Assembly (NCBI RefSeq): GCF_009914755.1
Contig: NC_060947.1
DNA length: 64,000 nt
Reading direction: 5' to 3' (one strand)
Origin: the human T2T-CHM13v2.0 reference genome, Homo sapiens
The notes beneath the pieces are model-generated. The model saw only the letters and a list, made by a program, of their open reading frames with translations. It searched no databases and was not told the DNA's origin. Both the position numbers and the translations under genes were made by a program. Of this stretch, positions 1-11,716 are shown piece by piece. Each line of letters opens with the position of its first letter. Position 1 is the first letter of the stretch.

Positions 1-220
1 ATGACTACTGGTGCCCTATGGGATTTGAGATGGTAAATGATAAAGGAATAAATTCCTTTTCCCTAGGAAAGTACTGTGACATTAATTATCCATTTATTCT
101 GTTCTATTTCCTTTTTAGCAATTTTTCTATATCTGAAATTATCTTGTTCATTTGCTTTGAACAAATGGTTTAAAAAGCATTTGAAAAAGTATTACTTAAG
201 AGCATGGAGCTTGTCTGCTT

Positions 221-226
221 TGATCA
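221..226. other. Intron 18 BclI RFLP site (TGATCA present; c.5998+91)
   Basis: TGATCA at 221-226; base 223 is 91 nt past the exon 18 donor, the position of the classic F8 linkage polymorphism. Confidence 0.85.
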
Positions 227-313
227 CTGATTGTGTTCCCAGTGCCTAGACCATTTAAAGTAAGTACTCAACAAATAGAGTAGGTAGAAGAAAGAGCACA
301 AACAAGCTCATAC

Positions 314-496
314 CTGGATAGAGATTGTACAGTGCCATTTTATACTCCTCTTTTTTTCGTACAGTGAACACATGTCCACTGAAATGAATAGAATGGATGT
401 TTTCATTGCTGCCCATGCTGAGCAGATACCATCGAATCCTTTGATCCTGAGCCATTACTAAGCCAGGTAGTGTATCCATTATGTAGCCATTGATTG
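314..496 (-). CDS. F8: F8 exon 18 (A3 domain), 183 nt
   Basis: Encodes INGYIMDTLPGLVMAQDQRIRWYLLSMGSNENIHSIHFSGHVFTVRKKEEYKMALYNLYP; ccag| acceptor and |gtatga donor. Confidence 0.99.
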
Positions 497-703
497 CTGG
501 AGAAGGACACAGAGAAGCCTGTTAAAATCTATTATATAAGTTTCTTTCTCTCCACTCCACCAAAAAAACTGACATCTATGAGGATTCCACTCCCACAGAT
601 ATACTCTAAATAAATACAATGTTCAAGTCCCTGGATCAAGTCTCATTTGTCAAAGTGCAATCTGCATTTCACAGTGATAATGTTTGGATGTGGAATATAT
701 TAC

Positions 704-932
704 CATGGAAGCGATAATTCTCTTTAAAAGTGGGATCTTCCATCTGGATATTGCAGGGAGCCCTGCAGTTTCTTTCCATATTTTCAGTGAAGTACCAGCT
801 TTTGGTCTCATCAAAGATGGTGAAAAACAGAGCAAATTCCTGTACTGTCACTTGTCTCCCATGAGCAGGGTTCAGTGTGTTAGTGTGGCAGACCAGAAGG
901 GGTCCAATCAGGCCTGAGTGCACATCTTTTTC
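704..932 (-). CDS. F8: F8 exon 17 (A3), 229 nt
   Basis: EKDVHSGLIGPLLVCHTNTL...FKENYRFH; tag| acceptor, |gtaata donor. Confidence 0.99.
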
Positions 933-1218
933 CTAGGGAGGGAAGACATCAATCCTATGAGTATAAGCTCTCTCACCTATGAACCAGAGTGGATTTCTCA
1001 TCAATTTTTATGCCAGTCCAACCTGCCTCCCACCTTCCAAAAATATAATCCATCCTCTTCAGTAGATTCCAGAATGACATTTCTAAAACACAAATATAAT
1101 GATCAACTCTCCTATTTAAAGCTTCTTATTGCACGTAGGATAAATATCAAAATTCTTAGTACACAAAGACCATTTCTTTTAAACCAAAAAGTGGTCAGCA
1201 CAATAGACACCTGCTTAC

Positions 1219-1431
1219 CAGGTCAACATCAGAGAAATAAGCCCAGGCTTTGCAGTCAAACTCATCTTTAGTGGGTGCCATATGATGTTGCACTTTCCAA
1301 AAGTAAGTTTTGGTTTCATTAGGCTTGACAAAGTTTTTTCTAGGTTCTGCTCCTTGCCTCTGATCTTCCTCATAAGAAATAAGGCTAGAATAGAAGGAAT
1401 AGGGACGAGAGGCCTGATTTCTGAAAGTTAC
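1219..1431 (-). CDS. F8: F8 exon 16 (A3), 213 nt
   Basis: VTFRNQASRPYSFYSSL...AYFSDVDL; cag| and |gtaagc. Confidence 0.99.
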
Positions 1432-2827
1432 CTGTAGAACAATAACGACAAAAAAAAAAAAGCAAGAATAATCTTCTAGGATCTTAAGGTCCTTAGGGTT
1501 TACATCCCTAAAAGAAATACCTGTCTTTTGGTCTTTATCAAAGTTTTTAATACCCTGGAAGAAGTGGTACAGAAGATGGATGCTGTTAGAACTCAAACCT
1601 AATCCTGAGGAGGTTTTGTATTCTAAATTTAAGGTATGAACTCAAAGTTGCAAAGGAGAAAATTCCTAAACACATAAAAGCCATTCCAGAGTAAAAGGGA
1701 AAATGTTACTGCAGGGGTTATAAGAGACCATAACGCCAGGAGTTGATATGTAAGTTAAGGTTCTTCATGACAAATTCTAGAATGAATGCATATTATCTTT
1801 TAAAAAAGGCTTACTTTCCAGATTAAAAATTATACATATTTATCATAGAATATAATGGAAAGTAAAATAAAATGTAAGGCAAAAATTGCCCACAATTCCA
1901 TAATTTTAGATCCTTCTACATCCTTAATATACACCATCAATTAATTGAAACAACGAATAGATATTTTCAGAAAAAAATAAAACTACTTTGATCTTTGGTT
2001 CACACAATGCACCAAAATAACTTTTAGTCTACAGGAAGTATTAAAAAGTTAAATGTAAAAAATTAAACTGTAAGAGAAAAACTGAGGAAAGTATAGGTGT
2101 TTTTTAAAAAATCTCTGGATAGGCAGGAATTTTTATAAACATAAAAGCAATGAAAGTGTCAAAAAGTAAAGATTGATGGGTTACTACCTAAAAATTAAAA
2201 CCTGTTTTATTTCAAAAACCATCATTTATAAAATTAAGAGAAAACAAAAACTTGAAAAAGTACCTCTCATTAAAATGTTCAGTGGTTTACTATCTAATAT
2301 ATAAGGTAACATAATCAATAAGAAAAGCACTTCCTCCATGAAAGACAAATGTGCAAGGGACATTACCAAATAATTAATAAGAAAAACTCTTAAGATGCTC
2401 AAATACATTGCACTTCTGGAATTTTATCTTAGAAAAACTGTTGTGATTACAGCGTTATTTATATAGTGAAAAAAGAAACTGTCTAAAAGCTTGTTCAAAA
2501 TAAATGGTTACATAAACTATGGTTCCATAAATTCATATAATAGACTATTATGCAGTATTTTAAAAACATACATAGGAAGTGTTTTTAATGACGTAAGAAA
2601 TGTTTATGATGTGATATTTAGTAAAAAAACAAGAATCAGAATTCTGCATGGTATAATTTGAATACATAAGGAGAAAAATACATAGGAAAAATAGAACGTA
2701 CACAAAGATAATTATGGAATTATTTTTCTATACTTTAAAAATTTCCAAAAGTGGGAATACATTATAGTCAGCAAGAAAATAAATATATAAAATTAATTTT
2801 CTTGTAATTCCACTGTCCTTAACTCAC

Positions 2828-2981
2828 CATGATATTATCTTCAACTTCTGCTCTTATATATGGCCCCAGGAGTCCCAAATGTTCATTTAGTTCTCCACGG
2901 TATAAGGGCTGAGTAAAGGAGCCATCAGTAAATTCCTGGAAAACAACTTTCTTGAACTGAGGGACACTGCCACTCTGAGCC
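2828..2981 (-). CDS. F8: F8 exon 15 (A3), 154 nt
   Basis: AQSGSVPQFKKVVFQEFTDGSF...EVEDNIM; cag| and |gtgagt. Confidence 0.99.
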
Positions 2982-3329
2982 CTGGAGAAAAAAAGCAGAG
3001 GAAAAGCAATAATTTTATGTACCAAGTGGGTAGAAATGCCTCACATCCTCATTTTCCTAGGTGCCTGAGAAGCATTTTGCATAGTTAACCACTTCATCTT
3101 CCTTGAAATACTCTTGCCAAGCTTTATTAGCATGTAAGTTCCATGAAAGCTGGGGTTTTGTCTGTTTTGTTCCCTGTTGTATTCCCAGCACCTGTAACGG
3201 TGCTTGGCACAAAGTAGGTGCTCAAAAAATATTTGTCGAATGTTGAATGAATGTAAAGTTTATAAACATACTCCAAATATAAGAGAGTCCCATGGTCAAG
3301 CCCTTGGATCTCTTTTCTTTTTACTTTTT

Positions 3330-5100
3330 AAAGCCCTATTAAAATTGTGAACTAAAAAAATTGTGAACTAAAACATATACAATAAAGTGCATAAAACACA
3401 AATGCCTTTGGTACATAAATGCAATCATCACCCAGATCAGTAACATTGCCAACAACCCACAAGACTCACTGGATGTCCCTTTTCAATCATACTTTCTCCC
3501 TTCCCACTGAAGGTAACCACCATTCTGATCTTTATGATAATCATTTCTTTGCTTTTCTTTATAATTTTACCAGTTACGTATACATCCTTTAAAAATATAG
3601 TTTAGTTTTGCCTGTTTTGAAGTGTGTAAATAAAACATACTACATATATTCTTTTGTTTCTTCTTTCACTTAGCATTCTGGTTGTGAGATTCATCTATAT
3701 TATCATATGTAGCTATAGTTTGTTCATTCCCATTGTTGTATAGTATTATATGAATATACCCTAATCACGGACATTTGAGTTGTTATAATCTTTGGCACTT
3801 TCATATGGACCTGCTATAACCTTCTGGTGCATATCTTTTGGTGAACATATATGTGCATTTCTGTTGGGCGGAATTACTAGGTATGCATGTGTTTGGCTTT
3901 GGTAGGTATTGCCACACTGTTTTCCAAAGCAGCTGGACCATTTTCCATTTTCATTAGCAATGTATGAGAGTTCCATTTGCTCCAAATTATTACAAATATC
4001 TGGTATTGACTGTGTTTTTACATTTTTGGATGTTCTATGAGGTTGAGCATCTTTTCTTATGAGTAGCAGTCATTTGGATGTCCTCTTTTGTGGAGCACCT
4101 ATCCAAGCTTTTTTCTGCCAAGTTTTCTCTTGGATAATCTGCTTTTTTCTTGTTGAATCAAAAGAGTACCCTATATATCCTTGATATGCTTTTTTATATA
4201 TTCCTTGATTGCTGGAGAAGAAGGACACAGAGAAGCCTGTTAAAATCTATTATATAAGTTTCCTTTGTGTGTCCTTTGTGTTATGTATTGCAAACATTTA
4301 CCATTCCGTGGCTAATCTTTTCATTGTTTTTATGTTATCTTTTGATGAGCATAAGTTTGTAATTTTAATGTGTGGAATTTATAAAAAAAAACCTTATTGG
4401 CTAGGGCTTTTTGTATCTTGATGTCAATTCTCTTTCTTTCCCTACCCTGTGGTTATTGATATATTCTTTTACATTTTCTTTCTAAAATGTTTATGATTTT
4501 ATATTTCACTTTTAGACTTGTAATGCAATGTGAATGGATTTTTGTGTATGGTGTGAGTTAGGAATCCAATGTAATGTTTTATCTATATAGATACCAACAT
4601 TTTCCAGCATTTTATTGAAACTCTACTTCTGTGACACCTTTGTCATAAATCAAGTTTCTATATGTGTTAGACTAGTTTTGGATTTTCTATTCTATTTCAT
4701 TTACCTGTTTGATTATCCCTATACCAACTGCTACATTGTTTTAATTATTATAGCTTTAAAATAAGTCTCAATATATTAGACAGCAATTACTCTCATCTTA
4801 TTCTTCCTCTTCAAGAAGGACTTGGCTATTCATAAACCTTTACATTTTCATATTAATTTTAGAATCAGCTTGTTGAGCTCTACAAAAGGAACGTCTTGGG
4901 ATTTTCATTCAGGTTGCACTGAATCTATAAATCAGTTTGGGAATAACCGACATTTTCAAATATCATGTTTTCCAATTCATGTACGTGGTATATCTTGAAA
5001 GTTATTTAGGTACTCTTTAAAGTTTCTCAGTAAATTTCCATAGTTTTTTTTTCCATAGACATTTTGCAAATTTTTAGCTAGACTTATTTCTAGGTACTTG
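3330..5100 (-). mobile_element. Ancient L1 (L1M/L1ME-like) 3' region, degraded
   Basis: Antisense L1 motifs (gttgagcatctttt, attttagaatcagcttg, gttgcactgaatctata); boundaries approximate. Confidence 0.65.
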
Positions 5101-5289
5101 TTAGTATTCTATTCCACTATTTATTTTGTTTTTACTTCCTCATTGTGTCTCACCAAGCTGACACACTCAAACTTAACTTTCCCCCTGGTCAGGACTCTCC
5201 TAGAAAGTGGCTCTCTTGGCTTATGACCATTCTCAAGGGAGAGACCTCAAGACTAAATTAGAAAGAAACCATAGCAATAAAAATCACAA

Positions 5290-6119
5290 TGGGGGTCATC
5301 TTCCAGCTTCTAACCAGAAGGAAATCAACCACCTTCAGCTCAGCAAACCTGCAAGCAATGTGAGCTGTGTGACAATCCAACAGAGGTGGAGAGCCAGCAC
5401 TGATTTGGGCTGGATGGTTCAGGAAGCCAGCTGCTTCCGTTGGCGAGTCATTTTCGCTGTCACAAGCCATATTGCCATGATAAACATCTTTGACAGACAC
5501 ATTCTTGACACTGAAGCCCACATTGTCCCCAAGAAGAGCTTCATTTAAAGCTTCATGGTGCAATTCAAAAGACTTTATTTCAGTTGTAATGTTAACTGGA
5601 GCAAAGCTGACCAATCATGCTGGGTTTGAGGGCACCAGTCACCACTAGGCCCACAAAGACATTACCAATACTACCAATTTTGTAGACTTCCTGGAGAGGT
5701 AGGCACAAGCCTTGTCAGTTGGATGAGCTGGTGGTATGATATAATCCAGAGCTTCAAGCGGTGTGCTACACTGGTATTGCCATCTCTGCAGGTGACTCTC
5801 CACCCTTTAACCAAGGCATGTTAGCAAGTTGTCAGCATTCCAACCAGAAATTGGCATAAATACTACTGTGTTGCGGTTGTAGCCAGTATTCTTAATGTAG
5901 GGCTGACTTCCTTATTGATTTCCACATAGCTCTGTTGGCGATGGCATAGTTCAGTGAAATCCATTTTTTAACACCAACAATTAGTTGTTTCACTTCCAGT
6001 GTGTAAACCAGAAGGGCATGCTCATGGGTCTGCCCGTTCTTAAAGATACTAGCTTCAAATTTGTTAACACCACTAGCAATAATCAGGACAGTACAGTCAA
6101 CCTGAGAGGTGCCTATCAT
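5290..6119 (-). pseudogene. EEF1A1 processed pseudogene, 3' segment (probably EEF1A1P31)
   Basis: [18 protein letters not shown]..., [42 protein letters not shown]; intronless with frameshifts; C-terminal part missing. Confidence 0.93.
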
Positions 6120-6386
6120 GATGTATTTTTAAATTGATACACGATAATTGTACATGTTTTGGGGATACATGTGATATTTTGATACATGAATACAATGTGT
6201 AATAATCAAATGATGGTAATTGGAATATCAATCACTTCAACCATTTGTCATTTATTTGTGTTGGGAACATTCCCAGTCTTCTCTTCTAGCTATTTTGAAA
6301 CGTACAATAAATCATTGTTAACTATAGTCACCCTACTGTAATATCGAACACTACAACTTATCCCTTCTATTTAAGTGTAATTTTAC

Positions 6387-7726
6387 TGTGGGGAAAAGAA
6401 AGAGAGATCAGACTGTTACTGTGTCTATGTAGAAAGAAGTAGACATAAGAGACTCCATTTTGGTCTGTACTAAGAAAAATTCTTCTGCCTTGAGATGCTG
6501 TTAATCTGTAACCCTAGCCCCAACCCTGTGCTCGCAGAGACATGTGCGGTGTTGAGTCAAGGTTTAATGGATTTAGGGCTATGCAGGATGTGCTTTGTTA
6601 AAAAAGTGCTTGAAGGCAGTATGCTTGTCCATGGAATACTATGCAGCCATAAAAAAGGATGAGTTCATGTCCTTTGCAGGGACATGGATGAATCTGGAAA
6701 CCATCATTCTCAGCAAACTATCACAAGGACAAAAAACCAAACACCGCATGTTCTTAGTCATAGGTGGGAATTGAACAATGAGAACACTTGGACACAGGAG
6801 GGGGAACATCACACACCGGGGCCTGTCATGGGGTGGGGGGAGGGATAGCATTGGGAGATATACCTAATGTAAATGACGAGTTAGTGGGTGCAGCACACCA
6901 ACATGGTGCATGTATACACGTGTAACAAACCTGCACGTTGTGCACATGTACCCTAGAACTTAAAGTATAATAATAATAATAAAAAAAGTCATCACCATTC
7001 TCTAATCTCAAGTACCCAGGGACACAATACACTGCGGAAGGCCGCAGGGACCTCTGCCCTGGAAAGCCAGGTATTGTCCAAGGTTTCTCCCCATGTGATA
7101 GCCTGAGATATGGCCTCGTGGGAAGGGAAAGACCTGACCGTCCCCCAGCCCGACACCCGTAAAGGGTCTGTGCTGAGGAGGATTAGTGAAAGAGGAAGTC
7201 CTCTTTGCAGTTGAGATAAGAGGAAGGCATCTGTCTCCTGCTCGTCCCTGGGCAATGGAGTGTCTCGGTGTAAAACCCGATTGTATGTTCTATTTACTGA
7301 GAAAAGAGAAAACCGCCTTAAGGCTGGAGGTGAGACAGGCTAGTGGCAATACTGCTCTTTAATGCACCAAGATGTTTGTATACGTGCACATCAGGGCACA
7401 GCACATTTCCTTAAACTTATTTATGACACAGAGACCTTTGTTCACATGTTTTCCTGCTGACCCTCTCTCCACTATTACCCTATTGTTCTGCCACATCCCC
7501 CTCTCCGAGATGGTAGAGATAATGATCAATAAATACTGAGGGAACTGAGAGACCAGTGCCGGCGCGGGTCCTCCGTATGCTGAGCGCCGGTCCCCTGGGC
7601 CCACTTTTCTTTCCTGTGCTTTGTCTCTGTGTCTTATTTCTTTTCTCAGTCTCTCGTCCCACCTGACGAGAAACACCCACAGTGTTTCTCGTCACTGTGG
7701 GTGACGAGGGGCAGGCCACCCCTTCA
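6387..7726 (+). mobile_element. HERV-K(HML-2) solo LTR (LTR5A/B-like)
   Basis: tgtggggaaaagaaagagagatcag...ggccaccccttca; 6-bp TSD ttttac (6381-6386 and 7727-7732); aataaa near 7528. Confidence 0.95.
6629..6987 (+). mobile_element. 5'-truncated L1PA (PA4/5-like) inserted in LTR5
   Basis: ccatggaatactatgcagcc...ccctagaacttaaagtataataa plus A tail; LTR5 resumes at gtcatcacca. Confidence 0.92.
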
Positions 7727-9095
7727 TTTTACACCTATTAATCAACCTCTCTTCATTCCATCCCACCCCCCCATACCATTCCCAAACTCCTTTAAGCACC
7801 ATTCTACTCTCTATCTCCGTGAGATCCACTTTTTAAGCTCTCACATGTAAGTGAAAACGTGATATTTGTCTTTCTATGCCTGGCTTATTTCACTTAACAC
7901 AGTGACATCCAGGCTCATCGATGTTGCCACAAATGACAGGATTTCATTCTTTTTAATGGCTGAGTAATAGTCTATTGTGTATATATACCACACAGTCTTT
8001 ATCCATTCATCTGTTGATGTATACTTAGGTTGATTTTATATCCTAGCTATTGTGAATGGTGCTGTAATAAATGTTGGTGTGCAACTATCTCTTTGATACA
8101 CTGATTTCCTGTCTTTGGATATATATCCAGCAGTGGGATTGCTGGATCACATGGTCGTTCTATTTTTAGTTTCTTGAGGAACATACATACTCTTTTCCAT
8201 AGTATCTGTACTAATTCACACTCCCACCAATAGTGTACAAGCATTCCCCTTTTGCCACATCCTCATCAGCATTCATTATTTTTTGTCTTTTTGATAAAAG
8301 TCATTTAACTGGAGTGAAATATCCATTGTGCTTTTGGTTTGCATTTATCTGGTAATTAGTGATGTTGAGCAGTTTTTCATATACCTGTTGGCCATTTGTA
8401 TGTTTTCTTTTGAGAAATGTTTATTCAGATCTTTGTTCATTTTTAATAGGATCCTTTGCTTTTTTGCCATTGACTTGTTTGAGTTCCTTATATATTCTGG
8501 TTATTAATACCCTCTCAGTTGTATAGTTTGCAAATATTTCATCCCATCCTGTAGGTTGTCCCTTCACTTTGTTAATTGATTCCTTTGTTGTGCGGAAGCT
8601 TTATAGCTTGATATAATCCCGTTTGTCTACTTTTGCTTTAGTTGTCTGTGCTTTTGATATTTCCCAGGCCATAAAATATTTCCCAGACCAATGTCCTGGA
8701 GCATTTCCCCAATGTTTTCTTCCAGTAGCTTCATACTTTCAGGTTGTATATTTAAGTCTCTAATCCATTTTGATTTAATTTTTGTATACAGTGAGAGATA
8801 GGGGTTTAGTTTAATTCTTCTGCATGTGGATATCCAGTTTTCCCAACATCATTTATTGAAGAGACTATTCTTTCACCAATGCATATTCTTGGCACTTTGT
8901 CAAAAATGAGTTGGCTCTAAATGTGTGGATTCATTTCTGGGTTCTCTGTTGTGTTCCACTGGCATATGTTTCTGTCTTTATGCCAGTACCATGCTGTTTT
9001 GGTTACTACAGCTTTGTAGTATAGTTTGAAATAAAGTAGCATCATGCCTCCAGCTTTGTTCTCTTTGCTCAGGACTGCTTTGGATATTTAGGGTC

Positions 9096-11716
9096 TGTAT
9101 TAGTCTGTTTTCCTGCTGGTATAAAGAACTGCCTGAGACTGCATAATTTATAAAGGAAAGAGGTTTAATTGACTTACAGTTCCACATGGCTGGAGAGGCC
9201 TCAGGAAACTTACAATCATGGTGGAAGGTGAAGGGGAAGCAAGGCACCTTTTTCACAAGGTGGCAGGAGGGAGAGGTGACAGAAGGGGAAATGCCAGATG
9301 CTTATAAAACCATCAGATCTCATGAAAACTTACTCACTGTCATGAGAACAGCATGGGGGAACCTGCCCCCATGATCCAATCACTTCCTACTGGGTCCCTC
9401 CCATGACACATGGGGATTATTTTGCCTTACATGAAATGTAAGGCAAAAATTGCCCTTGCCCACAATTCCATAATTTTAGATCCTCCTAGATCCTTAATAT
9501 AAACAATCAATTAATTGAAAAAATGAATAGATGTTTTCAGAAAAAAATAAAACTACTTTGATCTTTGGTTCACACAATGCACCAAAATAACTTTTAGTCT
9601 ACAGGAAGTATTAAAAAGTTAAATGTAAAAAATTAAATTGTAAGAGAAAATTGAAGAAAGTATTGTTTTTTTTTAAAAAATCTCTGGATAGGCAGGAATT
9701 TTTACAAACAATATACTACAATTCAAGATGAGATTTGGGTGGGGACACAGAGCCAAACCATATGTTTCCACCCATGGCCCCTCCCAAATCTCATGTCCTC
9801 ACATTTAAAAACAGAATCATGCCTTTCCAACAGTCCCCCAAAGTGTTAGCTCATTCCAGCCTTAACCCAAAAGTCCAAGTCCAAAGTCTCATCTGAGACA
9901 AGGAAAATCCCTTCTGTTTATGAGCCTGTAAAATCAAAAGCAAGTTAGTTCCTTCCTAGATACAATAGGGGTACAGGCATTGGGTAAATACACTCATTCC
10001 AAATGGGAGAAATTGGCCAAAACAAAGGGGCTACAGGCCCCATGCAAGTCTGAAATCCAATAGGGCAGTCATTAAACCTGAAAGTTCCAAAATGTTCTCC
10101 TTTGACTCCGTGTCTCACATTTAGGTCACCCTGATACAAAAGGCAGGCTCCCACAGCCTTGGGAAGCTCCACCCCCATAGCTTTGCAGGGTACAGCCCTG
10201 CTCCTGGCTGCTTTCATGGGCTGGCATTGAGTGCCTGTGGCTTTTCCAGGCCCACGGTGCAAGCTCTCAGTGGATCTACCATTCTGGGGTCTGGAGGACA
10301 GTGGCCCTCTTCTCACAGCTCCACTAGGCAGTGCCCCAGTGGTGACTGTGTGGGGGCTCCCACCCCACATTTCTTTTCCTCACTGCCCTAGCAGAGGTTC
10401 TCCACGAGGGCTCTGCCTCTGCAGCACACCTCCGCCTGGACATCCAGGCATTTCCATACATCCTCTGAAATCTAGGTGGACATTCCCAAACCTCAATTTT
10501 TGTCTTCTGTGCACCCACAGAACAAAGGCTGGGGGCTTGCACCCTCTGAAGCTATAGCCCAAGCTGTACTTTGGCCTCTTATAGCTGGAGTGGCTGGGAC
10601 ACAGGGCACCAAGTCCCAGGCTGAACACTGCAGGGGAGCCCTGGACCCAGGCCACGAAAGCATTTTTCCCTCCTAGGCCTCCAGGCCTGTGATGGGAGGG
10701 GCTGCTGCGAAGGTCTCTAACATGCCCTGGACACATTTTCCCCATTATCTTGGTGATTAACATTTGGCTCCTTGTTAATTATATAAATTTCTGTAGCTGG
10801 GTTGAATTTCTCCCCAGAAAATGGGTTTGTCTTTTCTACTGCATCATCAGGCTGCAAACTTTTCAAACTTTTATGCTCTGTCACTCTGGAATGCTTTGTT
10901 GCTTAGAAATTTCTTCTGCCAGATACCCCAAATCATCTCTCTCAAGTTCAAAGTTCCACAGATCTCTAGGGCAGGGGCAAAATGCTGCCAATCTCTTTGC
11001 TAAAGCATAGCAAGAGCCACCTTTATTCCTATTCCTAACAAGTTCGTCATCTCCATCTGATACCACCTCAGTCTGAACTTCATTGTCCATATCACTATCA
11101 GCATTTTGGTGAAAGCTATTCAATGATTCTCTAGGAAGTTCCAAACTTTCCCAGATTTTCCTGTCTTCTTCTGAGCCCTCCAGGTCTCTAGGAAGTTCCA
11201 AACATTGCCACATTTTCCTGTCTTCTTCTGAGCCCTCCAAACTGTTCCATCCTCTGCCTGTTACACAGTTCCAAAGTTGCTTCCACATTTTCAGGTATCC
11301 TTATAGCAGTGCCCCCCCTACCTCGGTACCAATTTACTGTATTAGTCTGTTCTCATACTGCTATAAAGAACTGCTGGAGACTGGGTAATCTATAAAGGAA
11401 AGAGGTATAATTGACTCACAGTTCCGCATTGCTGGGGAGGTCTCAGGAAACTTGCAATCATGGTGGAAGGCGTAGGGGAAGCAAGGCATCTTCTTCACAA
11501 GGTGGCAGTGGGAATAAGTGCCAGCAGGGGAAATGCCAAACACTTAGAAAACCATCAGATTTCATGAGAACTCACTCACTATCACGAGAACAGCATGGGG
11601 GAAAACTGCCCCCATGACCCAATCACTTCCCACTGGGTCCCTCCCACGACATGTGGGGATTATGGGAACTACAATTCAAGATGAGATTTGGGTGGGGACA
11701 CAGCCAAACCATATCT
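9096..11716 (-). mobile_element. Full THE1 (THE1C/D-like MaLR): LTRs about 9096-9764 and 11338-11716
   Basis: Two tgtattagtc...aaaccatat LTRs with THE1-int between them; 5-bp TSD gggtc (9091-9095 and 11717-11721). Confidence 0.93.

Noticed and set aside
5120-5290. Possible LTR fragment truncating the EEF1A1 retrocopy
   Set aside because: I could not assign a family or boundaries by eye.
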